Positions 32,736-41,517 of a DNA stretch of 64,000 nt are shown piece after piece. The stretch covers positions 50,501 to 114,500 of the forward strand of contig JBPFEE010000031.1 in assembly GCA_051061095.1 (NCBI GenBank), written 5' to 3'. Every line of letters begins with the position of its first letter. The stretch's first letter is position 1. Origin of the DNA: Methylomicrobium sp. (GTDB taxonomy: Bacteria; Pseudomonadota; Gammaproteobacteria; Methylococcales; Methylomonadaceae). The translations under genes and the position numbers were made by a program. The notes beneath the pieces are model-generated. The model saw only the letters and a program-made list of their open reading frames with translations. It made no database searches and was not told where the DNA came from.

Positions 32736-33902
32736 ATGAAAAAACTTTGCTTTGTCGCCACGATTCCGGCGGTCATTCAAGCATTTCTGAAGGACTCCAT
32801 CCGCGCCTCTTCCAAGCGCTGGACTGTCAACGTGGTCAGCAATCCGCGAGGCGCCGAATTATTGCTTGGCCTCAATGCCAAGTTCATACCGATGTGCATC
32901 GAACGCAAAATTTCACCTTGGCGGGATTTGTGCGCCCTGGTTCAGCTCTTCGGGTTATTTCGGCGCGAGCGTTACCAGCTCGTTCATTCGATCATGCCCA
33001 AAACGGGCTTATTGACAATGCTCGCCGCCCGGGCGGCCGGAATTCCTTATCGCTTGCATACTTTTACCGGGCAGGTATGGGCGACGCAACAAGGTTGGAA
33101 GCGCCAGGTTTTAAAATTATTCGACAAAATCATCGTGAAGCTGGCGACTCATATTTTAGTGGACAGTCCTTCACAACGCGATTTTCTGGTAGCCGAAGGG
33201 GTTTTGCAAATCCGCCAGGGGCTGGCCATAGGACAGGGTTCGATCTGCGGCGTCGATGATGAGGTATTCAAGCCCGATGCGGAAATCAGAAACCGGATCA
33301 GAACGCAGCTGGACATTGGCCCCACGCAGCCGGTCATCCTTTTTCTCGGCAGATTGAATCGCGACAAAGGCATGCTCGACTTAGCCGCGGCATTCGTGGA
33401 AATTGCCAAAAAACATGCCGATGCGGTGCTGGTATTGGTCGGCGCCGAAGAAAACGTGCCTTTTGCCCGGATACAGGAAATTTGCGGAGAATACCGTAGG
33501 CAACTGCGCCGGGTAAATTATACGCCGAACCCTGAACATTATATGGCGATGGCCGATATTTTCTGCCTGCCCAGCTACCGTGAAGGCTTCGGACAAGTTA
33601 TTATTGAAGCAGCCGCGGCCGGTGTTCCCGCTGTCGCGACGAAAATTTACGGCATTACCGACGCGGTCGCCGATCAAGCCACCGGGTTGCTTTATCCTGT
33701 CGGCAATATCAATGCTTTAGTCCAGTCCTTGTTAAAGCTGATCGAGAACCCCGGCTATCGCAGTCAATTGGGCAGGGCTGCGCAAGCGCGAGCGCGTTCA
33801 CAATTCTCGAGCCGGCAAATTACTGATGAAATGATTTTATTATATTCACGGATATTAAATTCAACTGAGCATTCTGAATCAAAGGCCGGCAAATTTGAAT
33901 AA
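32736..33902 (+). CDS. Glycosyltransferase family 4 (CapM-like)
   Basis: HTFTG, GRLNRDKG, PSYREGFGQVIIEA; start placed at ATG 32736. Confidence 0.92.
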   Translation: MKKLCFVATIPAVIQAFLKDSIRASSKRWTVNVVSNPRGAELLLGLNAKFIPMCIERKISPWRDLCALVQLFGLFRRERYQLVHSIMPKTGLLTMLAARAAGIPYRLHTFTGQVWATQQGWKRQVLKLFDKIIVKLATHILVDSPSQRDFLVAEGVLQIRQGLAIGQGSICGVDDEVFKPDAEIRNRIRTQLDIGPTQPVILFLGRLNRDKGMLDLAAAFVEIAKKHADAVLVLVGAEENVPFARIQEICGEYRRQLRRVNYTPNPEHYMAMADIFCLPSYREGFGQVIIEAAAAGVPAVATKIYGITDAVADQATGLLYPVGNINALVQSLLKLIENPGYRSQLGRAAQARARSQFSSRQITDEMILLYSRILNSTEHSESKAGKFE

Positions 33903-34872
33903 TGTACATCTGTCTTCTATTAAGGTATTGGTAACCGGCGCAAACGGCTTTATCGGCAGGCCGTTATGCGCGGCCCTAATAAAAAAACAAGGCTCTGTGA
34001 AAGCGGCCGCGCGTATTTCCGGCGACACGATCGCTAATATGGAGACAATTCCAATTGGTAGTATAGACGGTACAACCGATTGGTCGCGAGCTTTGCAAGG
34101 CGTCAAGGTCGTCGTTCATCTCGCCGCGCGCGCCCATAAGTTGCGGGATCACGCGGACGCCCCCCTTGCCGAATACCGCAAAGTCAATGTCGACGGCACG
34201 CTGAATTTGGCTAGACAAGCGCTGCAAGCCGGCGTCAAACGCTTCATTTTCATCAGTACGATTAAAGTCAACGGCGAGCAAACCCCATTGGGAAGCCCTT
34301 TCCGCGCGGAGGATCACCCTTCTCCCGTGGATGCTTACGCCATTTCCAAACGCGAAGCCGAAGACGGTTTGCGCGAGCTTTGCTCGAACTCCACGATGGA
34401 TTTTGTGATTATCCGCCCTCCCCTGGTTTACGGTCCCGGCGTCAAAGGTAATTTTTTGACCCTTCTGCGCTGGCTCGATAAAGGTCTGCCATTGCCCCTG
34501 GCTTCCATTCACAACAAACGCAGCTTGGTCGCGGTAGATAATCTGGTCGATTTGATTATTACCTGCATCGATCACCCCGCGGCCGCCAATCAAACGTTTT
34601 TAGTCAGCGACAGCGAGGATCTTTCCACGCCCGAATTATTAAAACGTACCGCGGCCGCCATCGGCACGCGCGTCTTTTTATTGCGCGCGCCGGTAGGATT
34701 ATTGCATTTTGCGGCGCAATGCTTCGGAAAAACCGCGGCAGTCCATAGACTTTGCGGTTCGTTGCAACTGGATATCCGAAAAACTTGCGAACAGCTGGGC
34801 TGGCATCCGCCGGTCGACGTAGACCAGGCCTTGCACACCACTGCCCAATATTATTTGGAAGCCCGGAAGTGA
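33895..34872 (+). CDS. UDP-sugar 4-reductase/epimerase (WbpV/WbpK-like SDR)
   Basis: TGANGFIG, YAISK, RPPLVYGPGVKGNF; upstream of wbpL-wbpM-like genes. Confidence 0.9.
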   Translation: MNNVHLSSIKVLVTGANGFIGRPLCAALIKKQGSVKAAARISGDTIANMETIPIGSIDGTTDWSRALQGVKVVVHLAARAHKLRDHADAPLAEYRKVNVDGTLNLARQALQAGVKRFIFISTIKVNGEQTPLGSPFRAEDHPSPVDAYAISKREAEDGLRELCSNSTMDFVIIRPPLVYGPGVKGNFLTLLRWLDKGLPLPLASIHNKRSLVAVDNLVDLIITCIDHPAAANQTFLVSDSEDLSTPELLKRTAAAIGTRVFLLRAPVGLLHFAAQCFGKTAAVHRLCGSLQLDIRKTCEQLGWHPPVDVDQALHTTAQYYLEARK

Positions 34873-35888
34873 TGCAGAGCGGCGGCTTACTTTTTGCAGC
34901 CATGGCGGCCGCGCTCCTGCTTACCGGCCTGATTCGCCGCTATGCATTGCGTTCGAATCTGATCGATGTGCCGAATCAGCGCAGTTCTCATACGCTGCCG
35001 ACTCCGCGCGGCGGCGGAATGGCGTTCGTAGTGGTTTTTTTATTTAGTATTGTAGGGTTGTTTGCGCTTGGCGTTCTGACGCAAGAGCAAAGCTGGGCTA
35101 TCGCTGGCGCCGGCGCCTGGGTCGCATGCATCGGCTTTCTGGACGATCACCGCCATATACCGGCCGGATGGAGGCTTTTAGCGCATTTTATCGGCGCCGG
35201 CTGGGGCCTTTACTGGCTGGGCGGCTTTCCGCCTGTGCAGATGTTCGGACAGGTCATCGATCTGGGCGGATTCGGCCATGTCTTCGGTCTCTTCTATCTG
35301 GTTTGGCTGTTGAACTTATACAATTTCATGGACGGCATTGACGGTATTGCCGGTATTGAAGCGATTACCGTCTGCCTGGGCGGGGTGCTGTTATTTCTGT
35401 TGGCCGGCAATCACGGCGTATGGCTGGAGCCGGCTTTGCTGGCAGCCGCTACCGCCGGATTTATATTCTGGAATTTTCCGCCGGCCAAAATTTTTATGGG
35501 CGATGCCGGGAGCGGTTTTTTGGGTATCGTTCTGGGATTGATCTCGCTGCACTCCGCCTGGATGAACCCGAGTTTTTTTTGGAGCTGGTTGTGTCTGCTG
35601 GGCGTATTCATCGTGGACGCGACCTGGACCTTATGGCGGCGCTTCCGGCGCGGCGAAAGCCTGCACGAAGCGCATCGCAGCCATGCCTATCAAATCGCCG
35701 CACTCCATTACGGCTCGCATAAAACCGTTGCCTTGTTCGTCGGCGCAGTCAACCTATTCTGGCTTCTGCCCTTGTCGATCTCGATCGGCCTCGGTTTGCT
35801 CGACGGCTTATTGGGCGTCGCCCTGGCCTATCTGCCCTTGCTGCTGACCGCAATAAAATTCAATGCGGGCGGCATGGAAAATCGCTGA
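34872..35888 (+). CDS. wbpL: Undecaprenyl-phosphate sugar-1-P transferase (WbpL/WecA/MraY family)
   Basis: RSSHTLPTPRGGG, GFLDD, NFMDGIDG, FMGDAGS, AHRSHAYQ; start placed at ATG 34872. Confidence 0.9.
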   Translation: MQSGGLLFAAMAAALLLTGLIRRYALRSNLIDVPNQRSSHTLPTPRGGGMAFVVVFLFSIVGLFALGVLTQEQSWAIAGAGAWVACIGFLDDHRHIPAGWRLLAHFIGAGWGLYWLGGFPPVQMFGQVIDLGGFGHVFGLFYLVWLLNLYNFMDGIDGIAGIEAITVCLGGVLLFLLAGNHGVWLEPALLAAATAGFIFWNFPPAKIFMGDAGSGFLGIVLGLISLHSAWMNPSFFWSWLCLLGVFIVDATWTLWRRFRRGESLHEAHRSHAYQIAALHYGSHKTVALFVGAVNLFWLLPLSISIGLGLLDGLLGVALAYLPLLLTAIKFNAGGMENR

Positions 35889-37981
35889 TGAAATCCCGTC
35901 TGGCTCATTGGTTTATCGGACAGTCCCGCCCTCGAAAGGCCCTGATTTTGATCGGCGCCGATGTCGTATTTGCGGTGCTGGCTTTATGGTCGGCTTTTTC
36001 CCTGCGCTGGGGCGTTTTGTTCGTGCCCAGAAATATCGAGTGGATATTGATCGCCATCGCGCCGGTGCTCGCCGTTCCGATCTTCATTCGCCTCGGCCTG
36101 TACCGGGCGATCATCCGTTATATCGAAATGAGGGCGTTGTGGACCATCGTGCAGGCGGTCACGATTTATGCCGCCACTTTCGCCGTCATTTATTTCCTGC
36201 CTTTCATTTTTTACGAGAGCGGCATCCGCAATCTGCCGCGGACGGTGCCTATCCTGAACTGGCTGATTATGACGCTGCTGGTCGGCAGCAGCCGCTTTTT
36301 TGCGCGTTGGTGGCTTGGAGATACTTATACCCGGCTCAGCGGCGGGCACAATTTTTCTCAGCCGAAGAAAAAAGTGCTGATTTACGGTGCCGGCAGCGGC
36401 GGCGTGCAGCTGGCCTCGGCCCTGGCGCTCGGCCGCGAATTCGAACCGGTCGCGTTCCTCGATGACGAGCCGTCCCTGCACAGACACAAAATCCACGGGC
36501 TCAGGATCTATCCGTTTTCGGACTTGAGCTACCTGATCGACCGTTACGATGTGGCGAGCGTCCTGCTGGCGATACCGTCCGCCAAACGCTCGCGCAAAAG
36601 CGAGTTGATCCGCATGCTCGAACCCTACGCGGTGCATGTGCTGTCGATGCCGGGTGTATCCGAAATCGCCGAAGGCAAAATCACTTTCGACACCCTCCGC
36701 GAAGTCGGCATTGAAGATCTCCTGGGCAGGGATCCCGTTACGCCCGATCCTGACTTGCTGCATGCGAATATTACCGGCAAGTCGGTGATGGTGACCGGCG
36801 CGGGCGGTTCGATCGGCTCGGAACTGTGCCGGCAGATCGTCGCGCTGAAACCGTCGGCCCTGGTTTTATTCGAATTGAGCGAATATGCCTTGTATGCCAT
36901 CGAACAGGAATTGCAATTGCTGGCATCCCGCCTCGGTAGGGGGGAGAAAACGCCGATTTACGCCATTTTGGGGTCTGTAACCGATGCGCCGCGCCTCGGT
37001 AAAGTCTGCCGGACTTTCAAGGTCCAGACGATTTATCATGCGGCCGCCTATAAGCATGTGCCGATCGTCGAGCATAATCCCGTGGCCGCGATACGCAACA
37101 ATGTATTCGGTACCTTGCGTACCGCGGAAGCGGCCGTACAAGCGCAGGTCGAAACCTTTGTGCTGATCTCGACCGACAAAGCGGTCCGCCCGACCAATAC
37201 GATGGGCGCCACCAAACGGTTCGCCGAACTGATTCTGCAAGCCTTCAGCGCCGAACTGTCCCTGCGGCAGTCCACACGTTTCACGATGGTGCGTTTCGGC
37301 AATGTGCTCGGTTCATCCGGTTCGGTCGTGCCGTTGTTCAAGGAGCAAATCAAACGCGGCGGCCCGGTCACGGTTACCGACCCCGACATCATTCGTTACT
37401 TCATGACCATTCCGGAAGCCGCTCAACTGGTCATTCAAGCCGGCGCCATGGGCAATGGCGGCGATGTCTTTGTGCTCGATATGGGCGAACCGGTCCGCAT
37501 TCTCGATCTGGCCAAACGGATGATTCATCTGAGCGGTCTCGAAATCAAGGATCAGGAGCATCCGGACGGCGAAATCGAAATCTGTTTTACCGGCCTCAGA
37601 CCCGGCGAAAAACTTTATGAAGAACTGCTGATAGGCGACAATGTCACCGAAACCGATCATCCCCGCATCATGCGCGCCGAGGAACATGTGATTGCATGGG
37701 CCGATTTATCCGGCCGCCTGGAGCGCATGGATAAAGCCGCAGAGCAAGACGATCACGAACGAATAAGGGAAATTATGCTCGACGCGGTCTCGGGTTTCGC
37801 GCCGCAATGCGGAATCGAAGACCTGCTCTGGAAACAGGTTCAAGCCGGAAACGGGAAGCCGGATTCTACAGAAATAGATAAAAAAAAACCTCTCCTCGGC
37901 AATTACAAGGAGAGGCTCGAAAATCAGGCAGCGAATAAATTTGAGGAGGCACTGCCCGATGAAACAGAGAAGAATCTGTGA
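35888..37981 (+). CDS. wbpM: UDP-GlcNAc 4,6-dehydratase (WbpM/CapD/PglF family)
   Basis: N-terminal TMs, GAGGSIGSE, HAAAYKHVP, STDKAVRP, MGATK, GLRPGEKLYEEL. Confidence 0.93.
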   Translation: MKSRLAHWFIGQSRPRKALILIGADVVFAVLALWSAFSLRWGVLFVPRNIEWILIAIAPVLAVPIFIRLGLYRAIIRYIEMRALWTIVQAVTIYAATFAVIYFLPFIFYESGIRNLPRTVPILNWLIMTLLVGSSRFFARWWLGDTYTRLSGGHNFSQPKKKVLIYGAGSGGVQLASALALGREFEPVAFLDDEPSLHRHKIHGLRIYPFSDLSYLIDRYDVASVLLAIPSAKRSRKSELIRMLEPYAVHVLSMPGVSEIAEGKITFDTLREVGIEDLLGRDPVTPDPDLLHANITGKSVMVTGAGGSIGSELCRQIVALKPSALVLFELSEYALYAIEQELQLLASRLGRGEKTPIYAILGSVTDAPRLGKVCRTFKVQTIYHAAAYKHVPIVEHNPVAAIRNNVFGTLRTAEAAVQAQVETFVLISTDKAVRPTNTMGATKRFAELILQAFSAELSLRQSTRFTMVRFGNVLGSSGSVVPLFKEQIKRGGPVTVTDPDIIRYFMTIPEAAQLVIQAGAMGNGGDVFVLDMGEPVRILDLAKRMIHLSGLEIKDQEHPDGEIEICFTGLRPGEKLYEELLIGDNVTETDHPRIMRAEEHVIAWADLSGRLERMDKAAEQDDHERIREIMLDAVSGFAPQCGIEDLLWKQVQAGNGKPDSTEIDKKKPLLGNYKERLENQAANKFEEALPDETEKNL

Positions 37982-38036
37982 CGACAATACTATACAGGCT
38001 TTAAAACAGGATACAATAACGTATATAATAAATTCA

Positions 38037-38057
38037 TTGTTTCTTAAATTGAAACAA
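38037..38057. promoter_or_regulatory. Putative LysR-type binding box
   Basis: Perfect inverted repeat ttgtttc-N7-gaaacaa containing T-N11-A, in AT-rich DNA upstream of the LysR gene. Confidence 0.5.
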
Positions 38058-38103
38058 AATAGAAGTTCACTGATCTATTGATCCGGCCCTTAAAAGTTTG
38101 AAT

Positions 38104-38168
38104 CCGTTCGCCTTGAGCCTGTCGAAAGGCCAGTCATTCGGGAGCTTCGACAAGCTCAGCCCGAGGGG
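38104..38168. repeat. REP-like inverted repeat (TGAGCCTGTCGAA / TTCGACAAGCTCA type)
   Basis: ccgttcgccttgagcctgtcgaaagg ... cttcgacaagctcagcccgagggg forms a long imperfect stem. Confidence 0.7.
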
Positions 38169-38275
38169 CCGGATCAATAATACGTCATCCTGACCTTGAC
38201 CGCATAGGATAGGCAAACCCATCCTGCAATTCTACGAATCTTAAAATCCAACCCGCTTGATTGCAGGAGAACCCC

Positions 38276-39193
38276 GTGGATAAATTGACCAGCATGAACG
38301 TTTTTGTTCGCGTCGCGAAAGCGGGAAGTTTTGCCGGCGGCGCCCGCGATCTGGATATTTCCCGGGCAATGGCGACCAAGCACATCATGCATCTGGAAAG
38401 CAACCTCGGCACCCGCCTCTTTAATCGCACCACGCGCAGCCTGAGTCTGACCGAAGTCGGCGCCTCCTATTTCGAACGCTGCCAGCAGGTACTGCTCGAC
38501 ATCGAGGAAATGGAGTCGCAAGTCACCCACTTGCAGACCGAGCCGCGCGGGTCATTGCGGATCAGCGCTCCCCCTGTGATCGGCGCCACGCATATCGCGC
38601 GCGCGATCTCTGAATTTCTGAAACTGCATCCCGACCTGAACATCGAATTGATCATTCAGAGCGGCCCCGGCGACATGATCGAGGACGGCATCGATCTGGC
38701 GATCTATCTGGGCGCGTTGAACGATACCAGCATGGTCGCCCGCAAACTGGCCAGTTCTTCGCTCGTAGTCTGCGGATCGCCTAGCTATTTAGCTAAATAC
38801 GGCACACCGCAAACCCCGCAGGATCTGGCTCATCACAGCTGCCTGATCAACTGGTCCATCCACCCGAAAAACAAATGGCCATTCAAAAGCGAATCCGGCC
38901 CTCAGGTGATCAATGTCTCAGGCCGGCTGCAAGCCAATGTGGCGGACGCCATCCGTATCGCGGCGATCAACGACATGGGCCTGGTGATGCTGCCGATTTA
39001 TATCGTCGGCTGGGATATCGAACGCGGCCGGCTTCAGCCCGTCCTGCAAAACTACCCTTCACCTCCGCTGGAGGTCCATGCGGTTTATCCGCATCGGAAA
39101 TATCTGTCCGCGAAAGTCCGCGTCTTCATGGAATTCCTGCAAGGCTGGCTGGAGCCGCGCGTCGGCAAGCCGGGGGACGGGCCCGAAACATGA
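38276..39193 (+). CDS. LysR-type regulator (CrgA/DmlR-like)
   Basis: HTH GSFAGGARDL, LGTRLFNRTTRSLSLTE, C-terminal SAKVRVF; GTG 38276 follows AGGAGA. Confidence 0.94.
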   Translation: MDKLTSMNVFVRVAKAGSFAGGARDLDISRAMATKHIMHLESNLGTRLFNRTTRSLSLTEVGASYFERCQQVLLDIEEMESQVTHLQTEPRGSLRISAPPVIGATHIARAISEFLKLHPDLNIELIIQSGPGDMIEDGIDLAIYLGALNDTSMVARKLASSSLVVCGSPSYLAKYGTPQTPQDLAHHSCLINWSIHPKNKWPFKSESGPQVINVSGRLQANVADAIRIAAINDMGLVMLPIYIVGWDIERGRLQPVLQNYPSPPLEVHAVYPHRKYLSAKVRVFMEFLQGWLEPRVGKPGDGPET

Positions 39194-39783
39194 ATGAGCT
39201 CCGCGAAAAATGGGATCGCATCTACAGCCTGGACGAGCCGGGCAAGCAAGCGCCGGCTCCGGTTTTAGCCGAGAACGCGTTTCTGTTGCCCACCGCCGGT
39301 ACTGCGCTCGATCTCGCATCCGGCCTCGGCGCTAACGCGATTTTCCTTGCCGAGCACGGATTAACGGTCACCGCGCTCGACATTTCCTCCACCGCAATCG
39401 AAAAATTAAGCGCTTACGCCTGCAATCGCCGTCTTGCGATCGAAGCAAGGCAGGAAGCCGTTACGCCCGCCTCGCTGCCCTCCTCGGCGTATGATGCAAT
39501 CGTGATCAGCCGCTTTCTTGACCGGTCGTTGAACGATGCGATAATAGACGCTCTGAAACCCGGCGGCCTGTTATTCTATCAAACATTTACCCGCTTGAAA
39601 GTCGCTGCCGAAGGCCCAAACAATCCGGCCTATCTGCTGGAAACCAATGAGCTGCTGGACCTGTTTTCGCCGTTGCGGACCGTCTATTACCGGGAGAATG
39701 CCGCCATCGGCGATATACGCCTGGGCCTTCGTAATGAAGCCCAATTTGTCGGCCAAAAACCTGACCAAGAGACAAGACCATGA
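39190..39783 (+). CDS. Class I SAM methyltransferase (TehB-like)
   Basis: ALDLASGLGAN motif I, LDIS, LKPGG; real start is probably ATG 39190 overlapping the LysR stop, not 38875. Confidence 0.85.
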   Translation: MNELREKWDRIYSLDEPGKQAPAPVLAENAFLLPTAGTALDLASGLGANAIFLAEHGLTVTALDISSTAIEKLSAYACNRRLAIEARQEAVTPASLPSSAYDAIVISRFLDRSLNDAIIDALKPGGLLFYQTFTRLKVAAEGPNNPAYLLETNELLDLFSPLRTVYYRENAAIGDIRLGLRNEAQFVGQKPDQETRP

Positions 39784-40172
39784 TCGAAAATCTAAACCCG
39801 CAACAATGCTGGGATTTGTTGCAACACAATCCCGACGCCGTCCTCGTCGATGTCCGCACGAAGATGGAACATACTTTCATCGGTCATCCTCCGGGGGCCG
39901 TGCATATCCCCTGGAAAGAAGCGCCGGACTGGCAGCTGAATCCGAATTTTGCCGCCGAGGTGCAAGCCGCCGTCCCCAATAAAGAGGCCCCGATTCTGTT
40001 GCTCTGCCGCAGCGGACAGCGTTCGCTGGATGCCGCCAAACTGCTCGAACAAATCGGCTACAGGCATCTGATCAATATTCTGGAAGGTTTCGAAGGACCG
40101 CTCGACGAGAACAAGCACCGCGGCAATCTCGGCGGCTGGCGCTTTCACGGCTTGCCCTGGGAGCAAAGCTGA
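39780..40172 (+). CDS. Single-domain rhodanese
   Basis: LVDVRT, GHPPGA, active loop CRSGQRS, GGW. Confidence 0.92.
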   Translation: MIENLNPQQCWDLLQHNPDAVLVDVRTKMEHTFIGHPPGAVHIPWKEAPDWQLNPNFAAEVQAAVPNKEAPILLLCRSGQRSLDAAKLLEQIGYRHLINILEGFEGPLDENKHRGNLGGWRFHGLPWEQS

Positions 40173-40234
40173 AGCCGGTCAGTACGGCCTTGATGGTTTA
40201 GCGAAAAACCTACCCGCATCCTTGCCGCGTCGTA

Positions 40235-40560
40235 GCGTCCCTGCCGTTAAGTTAAGGAAAAACTCCCTTCTCCCTCCGGGACGACTTGCAAGGATGCAGG
40301 AGGTACGACCCCATGGAAGGGGGAGGTAGAATCGCGTATGGAACAAGCGATCGAGGGCAATGCCACCACAAGGGTGGTCTATGGACAGAGCGATTTCCGA
40401 CGACTGCAAGGATGCAGGAGTTAGGGCAATGCAGGAGCAATTAGCGAGAAGGTCAGGATGAGGGAATCAAATAAAGCATTTTGCCTTATTTAATCCCGTC
40501 ACCCCAACCATCTTCCTAAGGGAGAGGCCGATAACCGTCTTAACTTAATGGCAGTGACGC
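40235..40560. mobile_element. MITE-like element with 22-bp terminal inverted repeats, hosting composite copy 2
   Basis: gcgtccctgccgttaagttaag (40235-40256) versus cttaacttaatggcagtgacgc (40539-40560), 20/22 match; CGTA on both flanks. Confidence 0.75.
40282..40447 (+). mobile_element. Nested composite of small CGAC...CGA two-hairpin units (copy 2)
   Basis: Colinear with 16484-16629; removing it restores the hairpin ccttctccc-tcc-gggagaagg. Confidence 0.78.
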
Positions 40561-40583
40561 CGTAAATCTTTTTCCCGGAGAAC

Positions 40584-41207
40584 ATGGCAATGGCAAAAAA
40601 AACTTCCGAGCCCCGGCAAGAGTCCGAAAAATCGGAACGCATCGAGGCTTTGCAACGCAAAATCAAAGATCAATCCCAGGCGTTCGAAGCCGATGACCTG
40701 CCCCCGGAATTACACGAACAATTCTGGGACCATATCGCGGCTTATGAGGAAGCGGAATGGGCCACGCCGTTCGACATGCTGGTGCGAAGCGGACTGGCGC
40801 TGCCGGCCCCGGAGGAACTGGATGATGCGCAACTGACCGCCAAGCTTTGGAAAACAATCCGCAGCCTCGCGATGCTGCGCATGTTTCTTTCCCACACCGA
40901 CCATCTCAGCGACCGCGAGCTGTATGAAGAACTTTGGCATGACGTATTGCGGGAAGAAGGCCCGATCATGCCGCTCAGCAATGACTCGTCCTGGCACATC
41001 GACTTGCTGGGCGGCGGCAGCGAAGAGGAGAGCGCGCTTTATTTGCGCCACTATGCCGATGCGGAAACCCGCCAACAATGGGCGCAAGACTGGCCCGGCG
41101 ACATCCTGCCGGCATCCGAAACGCCGCCCTACGATCGGGACCGGCATTTGCCCGCCAGCGAGCTGGCAGAATGGCGGGTTCACGATCATCCCTCTTGGCA
41201 TTGCTAA
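40584..41207 (+). CDS. Acidic hypothetical protein
   Basis: 207 aa ORF with GGAGA RBS; segment HTDHLSDRELYEELW looks conserved; no family recognised. Confidence 0.75.
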   Translation: MAMAKKTSEPRQESEKSERIEALQRKIKDQSQAFEADDLPPELHEQFWDHIAAYEEAEWATPFDMLVRSGLALPAPEELDDAQLTAKLWKTIRSLAMLRMFLSHTDHLSDRELYEELWHDVLREEGPIMPLSNDSSWHIDLLGGGSEEESALYLRHYADAETRQQWAQDWPGDILPASETPPYDRDRHLPASELAEWRVHDHPSWHC

Positions 41208-41248
41208 AAACGACGCGCTCTAAGAAGAGTAGCGCATCCTTTTTTTAC

Positions 41249-41488
41249 ATCGTTCCCGCGCTCCAGCGTGGGAACGCCGCTCACGACGCTCCGGCGTCCC
41301 GGAGCTCGAAAAGCCGCCCGTTTTAACGCATCCAGAGACGGCGCAGATCATGTTGCGCTGCCGGTGTGTGTTCCATCCGAGATAAATCGAGACACCGGAG
41401 CGTCCGAGGATGTGTGCCCATTTTTAGGTCCTTCAGGGGACGCTGGAACGTCTGAAGATGCATTCCCACGCTGGAGCGTGGGAACGAT
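41249..41488. repeat. Long compound inverted repeat (ATCGTTCCCACGCT..GCGTGGGAA type)
   Basis: atcgttcccgcgctccagcgtgggaacgc...gacgctccggcgtcc mirrored by ggacgctggaacgtc...gcattcccacgctggagcgtgggaacgat; lies between convergent genes. Confidence 0.85.
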
Positions 41489-41517
41489 TAATTAATCGGC
41501 TGGCAGCATCAGCTCCG

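Noticed and set aside
38875-39189. N-terminal extension of the methyltransferase ORF
   Set aside because: Overlaps the LysR gene in another frame; ATG 39190 at the ATGA junction is the better start.
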